Numbered from the stretch's first letter, positions 9,548 through 17,929 are shown. The stretch is DNA of 37,157 nt from an uncultured Bacilli bacterium (GCA_947628365.1 CANQZN010000002.1:1-37157), one strand, 5' to 3'. Notes: generated by a model not told the origin, from the letters alone. Program-made: numbers and translations.

Positions 9548-10714
9548 ATGAAAGTAGCAGTAGCAGGAACTGGTTATGTAGGTTTATCTCTAGCCACATT
9601 ACTAAGTCAAAAAAATGAGGTAGTAGCATTAGATGTTATACCAGAAAAAGTAGAGATGATAAATAATAGGATTAGTCCTATTCAAGATGAATATATTGAA
9701 AAGTTCTTTAAAGAAAAGAATCTAAATTTAAAAGCAACACTAGATTATAAAGAAGCTTTTCAAGGGGCTAAATTTATAATTATAAGTACACCAACTAATT
9801 ATGATGTAAATAAAAATTATTTTGATACATCAAGTGTTGAAGATATAATTAAAAAAGTAATTAGTATGGGAATAGATACAACAATGGTAGTAAAATCAAC
9901 AATACCAGTTGGATTTATAGAAAGTATGAAAGAAAAATATGGAATAGATAATATAATGTTTTCACCAGAATTCTTAAGAGAAGGAAGAGCATTATATGAT
10001 AATTTATATCCATCAAGAATAATTGTGGGAGAAAAAAGTGAAAGAGCAAAAGAATTTGCTGAATTATTAAAGAGTTGTTCATTAAAAGAAGATGCCATAA
10101 TAAAATATATGAACTCAACTGAAGCAGAAGCAGTAAAATTATTTGCTAATGCTTATTTAGCATTAAGAGTAGCATACTTTAATGAGCTTGATACTTATGC
10201 TGAATTAAAAGGCTTAAATGCTCAAGATATAATTGAAGGGGTAGGATTAGATCCAAGAATAGGAACACATTATAATAATCCGTCATTTGGTTATGGTGGT
10301 TATTGCTTCCCTAAAGATACAAAACAATTACTAGCTAATTATAGTGGTGTACCACAAAATATAATTGAAGCAATAGTAAAATCAAATGATACAAGAAAAG
10401 AACATATAGCCGATATGGTATTATCTAAAGGCCCTAAAATTGTTGGCGTATATAGATTAACAATGAAAAGTGGATCAGATAATTTTAGAGCATCTGCAAT
10501 ACAAGATGTTTTAGCAAAAATATCTGCAAAAGGAGTAGATATTCAAATTTATGAACCAACATTAAAAGAAGATACATTTGAAGGATATAGAGTAGAACAT
10601 AACTTAAAAGAATTTAAAACTACTTCTGATGTAATTATTGCTAATCGTTTTAATGAAGAATTAGAAGATGCAGTAGATAAAGTTTATACAAGAGATATTT
10701 TTAGAAATAATTAA
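9548..10714 (+). CDS. ugd: UDP-glucose 6-dehydrogenase
   Basis: 388 aa. The N-terminal Rossmann motif is [14 protein letters not shown] and the catalytic-Cys motif is [14 protein letters not shown]. Size is identical to classical Ugd/HasB/Cps3D enzymes. Confidence 0.9.
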   Translation: MKVAVAGTGYVGLSLATLLSQKNEVVALDVIPEKVEMINNRISPIQDEYIEKFFKEKNLNLKATLDYKEAFQGAKFIIISTPTNYDVNKNYFDTSSVEDIIKKVISMGIDTTMVVKSTIPVGFIESMKEKYGIDNIMFSPEFLREGRALYDNLYPSRIIVGEKSERAKEFAELLKSCSLKEDAIIKYMNSTEAEAVKLFANAYLALRVAYFNELDTYAELKGLNAQDIIEGVGLDPRIGTHYNNPSFGYGGYCFPKDTKQLLANYSGVPQNIIEAIVKSNDTRKEHIADMVLSKGPKIVGVYRLTMKSGSDNFRASAIQDVLAKISAKGVDIQIYEPTLKEDTFEGYRVEHNLKEFKTTSDVIIANRFNEELEDAVDKVYTRDIFRNN

Positions 10715-10723
10715 TTTATTATA

Positions 10724-10753
10724 AAAGGTGCTAATTAATTTTAGTATCTTTTT
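10724..10753 (+). terminator. Putative rho-independent terminator after ugd
   Basis: An 11-bp stem AAAGGUGCUAA/UUAGUAUCUUU (two G-U pairs), loop UUAAUU, followed by a U run. Confidence 0.5.
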
Positions 10754-10806
10754 ATATTGTAAAATTTTAACCCTTATGTTAATCTGAAAATAAAAAAGGA
10801 GTATAT

Positions 10807-11694
10807 ATGAAAAAGAAAATAGCAATAACTAAGAATGGATATATTATATTAAAAATAATTGAAATGAATAGTAATCATGACAAATGTTCTTTTAAAATAA
10901 TACCTATGGTAGATAATAAATACTTAAAAATAACTGCTACTAAGATGTTTTCTTTTCCTGAAGAAATAATATTTGATAATACTAAACAAATAGAATTAAC
11001 TTATCATAAACAATCTAAATTATATGAGCCTAAAATTCATATTAAAATGATAGATAAAATAAAGAATGAAGCAACATACAAAACTTTACCATTAAAAAGA
11101 ATTATTGAACCCAATGTTAAAACGTTAATACCAATCCCATTATTACAAGTAATTATACCTAATAATATAGTTATGAAAAAATATAGTACTAATAAAGAAT
11201 ATAAAGAGTTTGATATAGGAGGTAATAATATAATTGAAATATTTTTAACGAATAATATGAATTGTATATATAAATTTATGTATGATTTACCAACTATATC
11301 TAATGTTTTATTTAATGATAGTTTTGAACTTTTTACATCAGGTCAATGTTTAGCTAGAAATCTTTCAAAGATATTTGATGAAACAGGATACCATGCTATA
11401 AAAACTGTAATGTTTGGTAGTGATGTTACAAGTGATATTGGACTTTGGGTAGTTAACGTTTATGATAAAAATATAAATAATAATAAATTAGAATTAAATT
11501 TTATAGAAAACGAATTTTATTTACCCGTAACAATTGATAGATGGATCCCGATAAATAATAAGAAAATGAAGTTATATTTATTTGATATATCTAATAATGT
11601 TTTACTTTCTGAAGAAGCTAGAAGAAAATATTTAGATTTATTTGCAAATAGTATTATAAATTATAAAACTTATTTAAATAACCGATTTAAATAA
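10807..11694 (+). CDS. Hypothetical cytoplasmic protein (no recognisable domain)
   Basis: 295-aa ORF with a good RBS (AAAAGGAG, 6 nt before ATG). It has no signal peptide, no TM segment and no motif I can place. Confidence 0.6.
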   Translation: MKKKIAITKNGYIILKIIEMNSNHDKCSFKIIPMVDNKYLKITATKMFSFPEEIIFDNTKQIELTYHKQSKLYEPKIHIKMIDKIKNEATYKTLPLKRIIEPNVKTLIPIPLLQVIIPNNIVMKKYSTNKEYKEFDIGGNNIIEIFLTNNMNCIYKFMYDLPTISNVLFNDSFELFTSGQCLARNLSKIFDETGYHAIKTVMFGSDVTSDIGLWVVNVYDKNINNNKLELNFIENEFYLPVTIDRWIPINNKKMKLYLFDISNNVLLSEEARRKYLDLFANSIINYKTYLNNRFK

Positions 11695-11747
11695 TAAAAT
11701 AATTTTATATAAATAAAAATTATGATAAACTATTATAAGTGATTCAA

Positions 11748-12236
11748 ATGAAAAGAGAAAAATTAAAATTAATAATATCATATATGTTAGTAATATTATG
11801 GATGATTGTTATATTTATGTTTTCTAATATAGATAATTATCATTCAAATAATACAAGTAAAGATACTATTTCTAAAGTAGTAGATAAAGTGTCTGATGGT
11901 GCCGTAAGTGTTGGTATCAAAGATAAACCAATAAGTAATGAGAAAAAAGAAAAAGTAGTAAATAAATTAAATTTACCACTTAGAAAAGTTATGCATTTTA
12001 CAGAATACTTAATACTATGTGTATTATGGCTTAATGCTTTAAGTCAAAGTAAAGTTAAACATAAATATATAATAAGTATCATTATTTGTATATTATATGC
12101 TTTTACAGATGAATATCATCAAACATTTATAAATGGCCGTACTGGTCAATTAATTGATGTTTTAATTGATTCAAGTGGAGCCATCTTAGGTAGTATTATA
12201 TATTATATTATTAGTAAATTAAGTAAGAAGAAATGA
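11748..12236 (+). CDS. VanZ-like family membrane protein
   Basis: Four hydrophobic segments and the family signature FTDEYHQTFINGRTGQLIDVLIDSSGAILG. The ORF track begins at GTG 11739; ATG 11748 is an alternative start. Confidence 0.75.
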   Translation: MKREKLKLIISYMLVILWMIVIFMFSNIDNYHSNNTSKDTISKVVDKVSDGAVSVGIKDKPISNEKKEKVVNKLNLPLRKVMHFTEYLILCVLWLNALSQSKVKHKYIISIIICILYAFTDEYHQTFINGRTGQLIDVLIDSSGAILGSIIYYIISKLSKKK

Positions 12237-12249
12237 TTCTTACTTTTTA
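12222..12249 (+). terminator. Rho-independent terminator after the VanZ-like gene
   Basis: Stem AGTAAGAA/TTCTTACT with a 7-nt loop containing the stop codon, followed by TTTT. Confidence 0.6.
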
Positions 12250-12323
12250 AATGGTGGGCATCTATAATTTAGAAAAATAATTAAAAAACATAATATATAA
12301 AGAAAAGAAGAAAGGATGAGATT

Positions 12324-12557
12324 ATGAAATATTACCCTTATAATAACTATCCTATTAATAATTACAATAATGATAGATATTTTCTATTACCATTTCTAGG
12401 CGGAGCTTTGATTGGCGGAGCAGCGGTAGGTTTAACAAGACCACGCCCAATATATAATGTTGCTCCTTATCCTGGAAATAACTTTAATCCTAATATGCCT
12501 TATGGTAATTATAGTTATAGTTATTATTATCCAACATACTATCCAAGACCATATTAA
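12324..12557 (+). CDS. Small Tyr/Asn/Pro-rich protein with a central glycine-zipper hydrophobic segment
   Basis: 77 aa with RBS AAAGGATGAG. Low-complexity Y/N/P arms flank FLLPFLGGALIGGAAVGL. A possible promoter TTACTT-N17-TATAAT lies at about 12240-12270. Confidence 0.55.
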   Translation: MKYYPYNNYPINNYNNDRYFLLPFLGGALIGGAAVGLTRPRPIYNVAPYPGNNFNPNMPYGNYSYSYYYPTYYPRPY

Positions 12558-12583
12558 AAAAGATTACGCGGTAATCTTTTTTT
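12556..12583. terminator. Bidirectional terminator between the small ORF and the sortase gene
   Basis: Stem AAAAAAGATTAC/GTAATCTTTTTT with a GCG loop. A and T runs flank both sides, and it overlaps the 3' end of the sortase CDS. Confidence 0.7.
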
Positions 12584-13136
12584 GATATTTTAAATTAGCT
12601 AAAACAACAATTTGTTTAGTTTTATCTGTTTGACTACATGTTGTTAGAACTAATTGCTTTTTTGTACTATTAGGTATAGAAATTGTTCCATTTTTATTAA
12701 CTTCGTAATTAGCGGTAACATAATAAAAATAAATGTTATCTTGAAAATATAATTTAATTTCATCATTACTATCTAACTTATACAAATTTTTAAAGAAAGC
12801 TTTACTGCCATTACCAGAATGGGCAGCAATTGCTAATATACTGTTTTCATGATCTGGCATAGTAGATTTCTTTAATATTTGTAAATTTTTACTAATGGTA
12901 TTATTTTTACTATTAATATCATAAAGACTTTTTTGAATATTAACTTTAGGTATTTCTAAAATCCCTAAAGTTTTATCATCTTCTTGTTTGTAGTTAGATA
13001 CAGATGTAATATAGTTATTAATTATATTATTTTCGCTTCTTTTATTGTAGTAATTATAAAAAATATATCCTAGTAAAATAATAATTAATAAAGAGTATAT
13101 AAATATAATCTTATTATAATTTAGACCTTTTAACAT
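12564..13136 (-). CDS. Sortase (small, divergent; class uncertain)
   Basis: 190 aa with an N-terminal TM anchor, catalytic His in LAIAAHSG and catalytic Cys in LVLTTCS. It lies immediately downstream of, and 23 nt overlapping, a wall-anchored adhesin gene. Confidence 0.8.
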   Translation of the reverse strand: MLKGLNYNKIIFIYSLLIIILLGYIFYNYYNKRSENNIINNYITSVSNYKQEDDKTLGILEIPKVNIQKSLYDINSKNNTISKNLQILKKSTMPDHENSILAIAAHSGNGSKAFFKNLYKLDSNDEIKLYFQDNIYFYYVTANYEVNKNGTISIPNSTKKQLVLTTCSQTDKTKQIVVLANLKYQKKITA

Positions 13137-15573
13137 TTATAAATAAACCAACTAATAGAAAAGAAGCAATACCTAATATACCAAATATGATAGGTTTATT
13201 ATTAACACTTGTTTTTGGTACTTCAAAAGTTTCTGTTAAAACAATAGTCTTTTCATTAGTGTGAACAATTTCTAAAGCATTATTTTCTTCATTTATTTCA
13301 AAATAATATTTTTCGGGATTTAAATTATAACCTTCTGGTGCTTGTTTTTCTACTAAATAATATTTACCATAAGGTAAATTAAAAACATATATCATTCCAA
13401 GTTCATTAGAAACACCCGTATAAATAAGCTCATCATTCAAGTTATATATTTCAAATACGGCATTTGCTAAAGGCATTTCTGTATTTGCATCAATCTTTTT
13501 TATTTTAATCTCTCCTTTTTTTAAATAATTATCAAACTTTAATGTTAATTCTAAATTTTCTTCATTTAAACTAAAGTTATGTCTTTCACTATCAAGAACA
13601 TATCCATCAATAGTTTTAGTTTCGACTAAATAATATTCTCCTAAATAAAGATTATCTATAGTAATTAAACCATCTTTGGTTTCAAATGAATTAATTAATT
13701 CATCTTTTGTAAACATTAATGTTCCATCTGGAGCATAAATATCTTCTTTTGCATATAAATCATATTTAATGCCATTAAGTAATTTTTTAGTGTATTCAAA
13801 AAGATTATCTTTTATTATTAATTCTTCCCCATATTTATACACTTTAACTTGGCCTTTAATTGGAGTATTAGCAAAATTAATCTCTAAAATGGCATCATCG
13901 TTATCATAAATAAAATTACTTTCTTCATTAAGAGAAAATTTTAAAGGCTCTTTGTTCCATAAATAACCATTAAATGTAGTATTTTCTATTTCTTCAATTT
14001 GATAGTTACCAAACTCTAAACCTTCTGGAGTTATAAAGTAACCATCATGAGTTTCATAGGTACATACTTTCTCTTTATTAGGATAATTTGTCATTTGACA
14101 AACATATTCGTTTGTATCTAAGTTTTTAATTTTAAATTTAAAATTTACATTTGCAATAATTCTATCTGTTTCACTGTCTACTTTAACTAATTTTAATTTG
14201 GGTGTTATTTTAGTATTAACGATTATTTTAACAATTGGCTCTTCTGAATTTTCATTTACCGTAATTTCGATATCTGGTGATAACCTGTAACCTGGAGTAG
14301 TATTAACTTGTCTTAAAATATAAGTTCCATATGAAAGCAGAGTTTGAACATAACCATCTTTATTAGTTGTAACTGACCACATTTTTTTCATTGAACTTTT
14401 TAAATAGATATCAAATTTAATATTTGGCTCAGCTTTTAATAAACCAGTTTCGTTATCAGAAGTAACTTTATAAATATTGATAAATCTTTTAATAACTAAT
14501 TCATAGACAGTCATTAAAGGATTTAAGTTTTTTTCTGTTATTTCAAAGTAATGTTTTTCAGTATCTAAATTATAACCTAAACTACTTTTAATTTCTTGAA
14601 CATAGTATTTACCTAAAGGAAGTTCCTTGCTCACTGCTTTATTTCTTTCACCACTTGTAGTTATTTCATCAACTAGTGTTCCATCTTCTTTATAAACCCC
14701 ATAAATAGCTCCGGATAAAAGCCCATCTCCTTGAGGAGTATATTGTAAATAATCGTGATCTAACTTTTCTAAGGTAATCGTGCCACCAGTAACATTTATA
14801 GATACTTTAATAGTTAAAGGCTTGTAATAACCAAAGTAAGCCATCTTTTGCGTTACTTCATCAATTCCAGCAAAAGTTTGTGTTGGCTCTTTTGTATAAG
14901 TCTTTTGTCTTAATTCAATAGAAGTAGTTCCCACTTTACTTGGTGTCACTAATAAATCATTACCACTTATTTGTGCGTTCGCATTATCTGTATTTGAAAT
15001 TTCAAATTTACTTAGAATATTATTATCATCATGAATAGTTAGGGTATTACCTAAAGTAGTGGTGTAAGTTTGATCTTTAAAAGATGGTGCATCATAATGA
15101 TGATTAACTAAATTTAAAATGTCATTCCGCTCTTTAGTTACTCTAATAATATCACCAGCACCCGACATTTCGGTCCAAAATTCTACTGTTTGACCATTAA
15201 CTGCTTCCCAAATAAGGGCTTGAGTAGCCATCCTATATCTAACTGTTTGATGACCTGGATAATCATAACCATAGTAACCAATTAATTGTAACTTTTCATT
15301 AAGTTCTTCTGAAAAAGGTGAATCCACCATACCTTCCGATCCTTCATATAGTTTAGTGGTAATATGGGTTCCTGGTTCGATACAATAAGTCGTTTTACCA
15401 TCTATAGAATATTCAGTAAAGGGACCAGAAAACCAAGGAACATTTCCACCTTTTCGAAAAACAAAAACATCTGCAACTTTTTCTTCTTTTAGGGAAGATG
15501 CTGAAACACTTAATGTACTACAAAAAAACAAAGTTAATAAAAAAACTACATATATCAATAATTTCTTTTTCAT
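13114..15573 (-). CDS. Cell-wall-anchored adhesin: N-terminal Cys-Gln thioester (TQxA) domain plus about five Cna-B/SpaA-type domains, with VPKTS sorting signal
   Basis: Signal peptide MKKKLLIYVVFLLTLFFCSTLSVSAS. Thioester Cys lies in TYCIEPG (Cys64, codon 15382-15384) and Gln in ATQALIWE (Gln118, codon 15220-15222). Five G-x-Y-x-hydrophobic-x-E...GY-x-L modules are present. The C-terminus is VPKTS (13207-13221) followed by a hydrophobic helix and KRSKL. Confidence 0.85.
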   Translation of the reverse strand: MKKKLLIYVVFLLTLFFCSTLSVSASSLKEEKVADVFVFRKGGNVPWFSGPFTEYSIDGKTTYCIEPGTHITTKLYEGSEGMVDSPFSEELNEKLQLIGYYGYDYPGHQTVRYRMATQALIWEAVNGQTVEFWTEMSGAGDIIRVTKERNDILNLVNHHYDAPSFKDQTYTTTLGNTLTIHDDNNILSKFEISNTDNANAQISGNDLLVTPSKVGTTSIELRQKTYTKEPTQTFAGIDEVTQKMAYFGYYKPLTIKVSINVTGGTITLEKLDHDYLQYTPQGDGLLSGAIYGVYKEDGTLVDEITTSGERNKAVSKELPLGKYYVQEIKSSLGYNLDTEKHYFEITEKNLNPLMTVYELVIKRFINIYKVTSDNETGLLKAEPNIKFDIYLKSSMKKMWSVTTNKDGYVQTLLSYGTYILRQVNTTPGYRLSPDIEITVNENSEEPIVKIIVNTKITPKLKLVKVDSETDRIIANVNFKFKIKNLDTNEYVCQMTNYPNKEKVCTYETHDGYFITPEGLEFGNYQIEEIENTTFNGYLWNKEPLKFSLNEESNFIYDNDDAILEINFANTPIKGQVKVYKYGEELIIKDNLFEYTKKLLNGIKYDLYAKEDIYAPDGTLMFTKDELINSFETKDGLITIDNLYLGEYYLVETKTIDGYVLDSERHNFSLNEENLELTLKFDNYLKKGEIKIKKIDANTEMPLANAVFEIYNLNDELIYTGVSNELGMIYVFNLPYGKYYLVEKQAPEGYNLNPEKYYFEINEENNALEIVHTNEKTIVLTETFEVPKTSVNNKPIIFGILGIASFLLVGLFINVKRSKL

Positions 15574-15789
15574 TATTTTCCTTTCTTTTTCTAGTACTAA
15601 TCAATTCCCATTTTATACTAATCATTTAACTTATTTAAACAATTTAAAATACATTTAATATTCCTCCTTTCACTTTATATATACTTTTATTTTCTTTGAT
15701 TTCCTTTTTTTGTAGTGAATTTTTTATAAATTTGTATAAAAAAAACATAATTAGCCCATTATTAACATAGATTTGTAAGGGAGAATGTT

Positions 15790-17907
15790 ATGTTTAATAA
15801 TTTTGGTGTGCATGTAACAAATATTTTAAAAAAAGCAGAAGAAGAAAGATATGAATTGCATCATCCCTATGTTGGGACAGAACATTTATTGCTTGCTATT
15901 TTATCGCTTGATGGCGAAATAGCAAATTTCTTAAAAGAATATAAATTAACCTATGAAGTATTTCGCAAAGAACTCGTTTTAGTGGTGGGAAATGCCACTA
16001 AAAGTAGTGATATAAATTTATATACTCCTCTTTTAAAAAGAGTTATTAATAATGCTTTAGAAAATGCTAAAGAAAATAATAATGGAATAGTAACTCCTAA
16101 ACATTTAGTGTTATCTATTTTAGAAGAAGGCGAAGGTATTGCTATTAGACTTTTGGTTAGTATGGGGATAGATATTGATGAGATATATGAAAGCCTTAAT
16201 AAAAATAATAAATTAGTTAATAAAAAACTAGAGATATATGAAACAGGAATTAATTTAAATGAGACAGTTGATTTTAATGAAACTGTAGTAGGCAGAGATA
16301 AAGAGATTGATTTAATTATTGAAACTCTTTTAAGAAAGAAAAAGAATAATCCTATTTTAATTGGGGATGCTGGAGTTGGAAAGACGGCAATTATTGAAGA
16401 ATTAGTAAGAAGAATTGAAAGAAGGGAAGTACCAGATAATTTATTTAATACAAAGATTGTCGCTCTAGAAATGGGTTCATTAGTATCAGGTACTAAATAT
16501 CGTGGGGAATTTGAAGAAAAACTCACTAAAATAATTAAAGAATTAGAAGATAATCCAGATATAATTTTATTTATTGATGAAATTCACTCAATGGTTAATG
16601 CTGGTGGAGCAGAAGGGGCTATAACAGCGGGTGATATTTTTAAACCAACACTTGCTCGTGGTAAAATCAAATGTATTGGGGCTACTACTACTCATGAATA
16701 TCATAAGTTTTTCTCATCTGATAAAGCTCTAATGCGAAGATTTGAAGTCATTAATATTAGTGAACCTAATTTAGAAGAAACTAAAGATATTTTAAGTAAA
16801 GTAAAATGTGAATATGAAAGGCATCATAATGTTATAATTCCTGATAATATGATTGATAAAATAATTTATTATGCTAATAAATTTATTAATAATAAGAAAA
16901 ATCCAGATAAATCTATTGATTTTTTAGACTCAGTTTGTTCCAAAGTTAAAGCCCAAAATAATAATTGTTTAGAGAAAAAAGATTTGTATCATAAACTAGA
17001 TAATTTAAAGAAAGAAAAAGAAAATAGTATTAAAAATAATGATTATGATCAAGCCTTAAAAATTTATAGTGAAGAGTTAGAAATAAATAAAAAACTAAAA
17101 AACTTTAATAAGAATAAAAAATTAGTTGTTAAAGAAAGTGATATTATTAAAGTTTTAGAAAATAAAACTAATATGCTATTTACTAAAGAAAAACTTGCCT
17201 ATTTAAAACAAGTAGAAAAAAATATTAATAAAAAATTGTATGGTGTAAGTAGTCAAACTAAAAAAATAATTAATTTAATTAAAGATAATGCTTTAAATAA
17301 GAAAGGCTTCTTAAAAGTTTATCTAGAGGGTGGTCCCTATCTAGGTAAAAGTAGTATAGTAAAAATTATCGCGGAAAACACTATTGGGGCTGAATTTATT
17401 AAAATAGATTTAAAAGATTATAAAAGTCCAACTGACTTAAGTAAATTAATTGGTACAACCCAAGGTTATGTTGGTTATAACGATGAACATATCTTTAATA
17501 AACTCCAAAACAATAATTTTGCTATTATTTTATTTGATAATTATAATGCTAGTCATCCTCTTGTTAAAGATTTAATTAAACAAATATTAAAAGAAGGTTA
17601 TATTTTAGATAACCATGGCGAGAAAATTTTCTTTAATAATACTTATATTTTTATTACTGATGATATAATCACAAATAATAGAGTTGGTTTTAGTAATAAA
17701 CTAGGCGAACTTGAAAATAATGAACTATATGACTTAGTAGATGAAACAATTAAATTTAATAATTTAACTTATGAAGATTTACTTAATTATTTAACACTCA
17801 AAAAAATAGATAATAAAGAAGAAATAATTAAAAAAAGCCAATACGAAAAGTATAATTATAAGAATATTGCTAAGTTAATAAAAGAATATGAATTAATCAA
17901 AAATTAA
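15790..17907 (+). CDS. ClpC-like AAA+ chaperone ATPase with degenerate second nucleotide-binding module
   Basis: Two Clp-N repeats (HPYVGTEHLLLAIL, VTPKHLVLSILEEGEG). D1 has Walker A GDAGVGKTAI and Walker B ILFIDEIH, followed by a UVR-like coiled coil. D2 keeps the P-loop GGPYLGKS, but Walker B reads ILFDNYNASH in place of LLDEIEKAH. A VGF tripeptide is retained. Length is 705 aa, shorter than the roughly 810 aa of canonical ClpC. Confidence 0.8.
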   Translation: MFNNFGVHVTNILKKAEEERYELHHPYVGTEHLLLAILSLDGEIANFLKEYKLTYEVFRKELVLVVGNATKSSDINLYTPLLKRVINNALENAKENNNGIVTPKHLVLSILEEGEGIAIRLLVSMGIDIDEIYESLNKNNKLVNKKLEIYETGINLNETVDFNETVVGRDKEIDLIIETLLRKKKNNPILIGDAGVGKTAIIEELVRRIERREVPDNLFNTKIVALEMGSLVSGTKYRGEFEEKLTKIIKELEDNPDIILFIDEIHSMVNAGGAEGAITAGDIFKPTLARGKIKCIGATTTHEYHKFFSSDKALMRRFEVINISEPNLEETKDILSKVKCEYERHHNVIIPDNMIDKIIYYANKFINNKKNPDKSIDFLDSVCSKVKAQNNNCLEKKDLYHKLDNLKKEKENSIKNNDYDQALKIYSEELEINKKLKNFNKNKKLVVKESDIIKVLENKTNMLFTKEKLAYLKQVEKNINKKLYGVSSQTKKIINLIKDNALNKKGFLKVYLEGGPYLGKSSIVKIIAENTIGAEFIKIDLKDYKSPTDLSKLIGTTQGYVGYNDEHIFNKLQNNNFAIILFDNYNASHPLVKDLIKQILKEGYILDNHGEKIFFNNTYIFITDDIITNNRVGFSNKLGELENNELYDLVDETIKFNNLTYEDLLNYLTLKKIDNKEEIIKKSQYEKYNYKNIAKLIKEYELIKN

Positions 17908-17929
17908 AATTTGATTAATTTTTTTAAAT

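Noticed and set aside
12324-12557. The Tyr/Asn/Pro-rich mini-protein as a second sortase substrate or pilin subunit.
   Set aside because: - It has no signal peptide.
- It has no LPxTG or VPKTS-like motif.
- It has no C-terminal hydrophobic segment with a positive tail.
- It is convergently transcribed and separated from the sortase by a terminator.
15740-15760. A8 and T7-T8 homopolymers, for example tataaaaaaaacat upstream of the ClpC-like gene, as phase-variation tracts.
   Set aside because: A and T runs of this length are expected by chance at this base composition and occur throughout the window. Only the two G8 tracts stand out compositionally.
12564-15789. The adhesin-sortase pair as a mobile genomic island.
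   Set aside because: - There is no integrase, recombinase or transposase.
- No flanking direct repeats are visible.
- No tRNA gene is adjacent.
- The composition looks the same as the rest of the window by eye.
15574-15789. A CtsR operator (GGTCAAA direct repeat) upstream of the ClpC-like gene.
   Set aside because: Only a weak TTTGATT-like fragment is present. No tandem heptad repeat exists on either strand, so I do not call a CtsR site.
15951-16526. A 191-aa minus-strand ORF antisense to the ClpC-like gene. The same pattern appears in other nested antisense ORFs in the track: 341-583, 1150-1338, 1904-2167, 2532-2723, 5005-5238, 5533-5784, 9099-9320, 9817-10098, 9915-10118, 20916-21119, 22158-22373, 23665-23916, 27997-28197, 29527-29742, 30346-30798, 32761-33003, 34374-34568, 34835-35029, 36320-36550 and 36756-37016.
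   Set aside because: - All lie wholly inside, or mostly opposite, well-supported genes.
- They lack RBSs.
- Their composition is low-complexity and S/L/F/I-rich, as expected from reading A/G-rich sense codons (GAA, AAA, AAG) backwards in AT-rich DNA.
- None has a recognisable motif.
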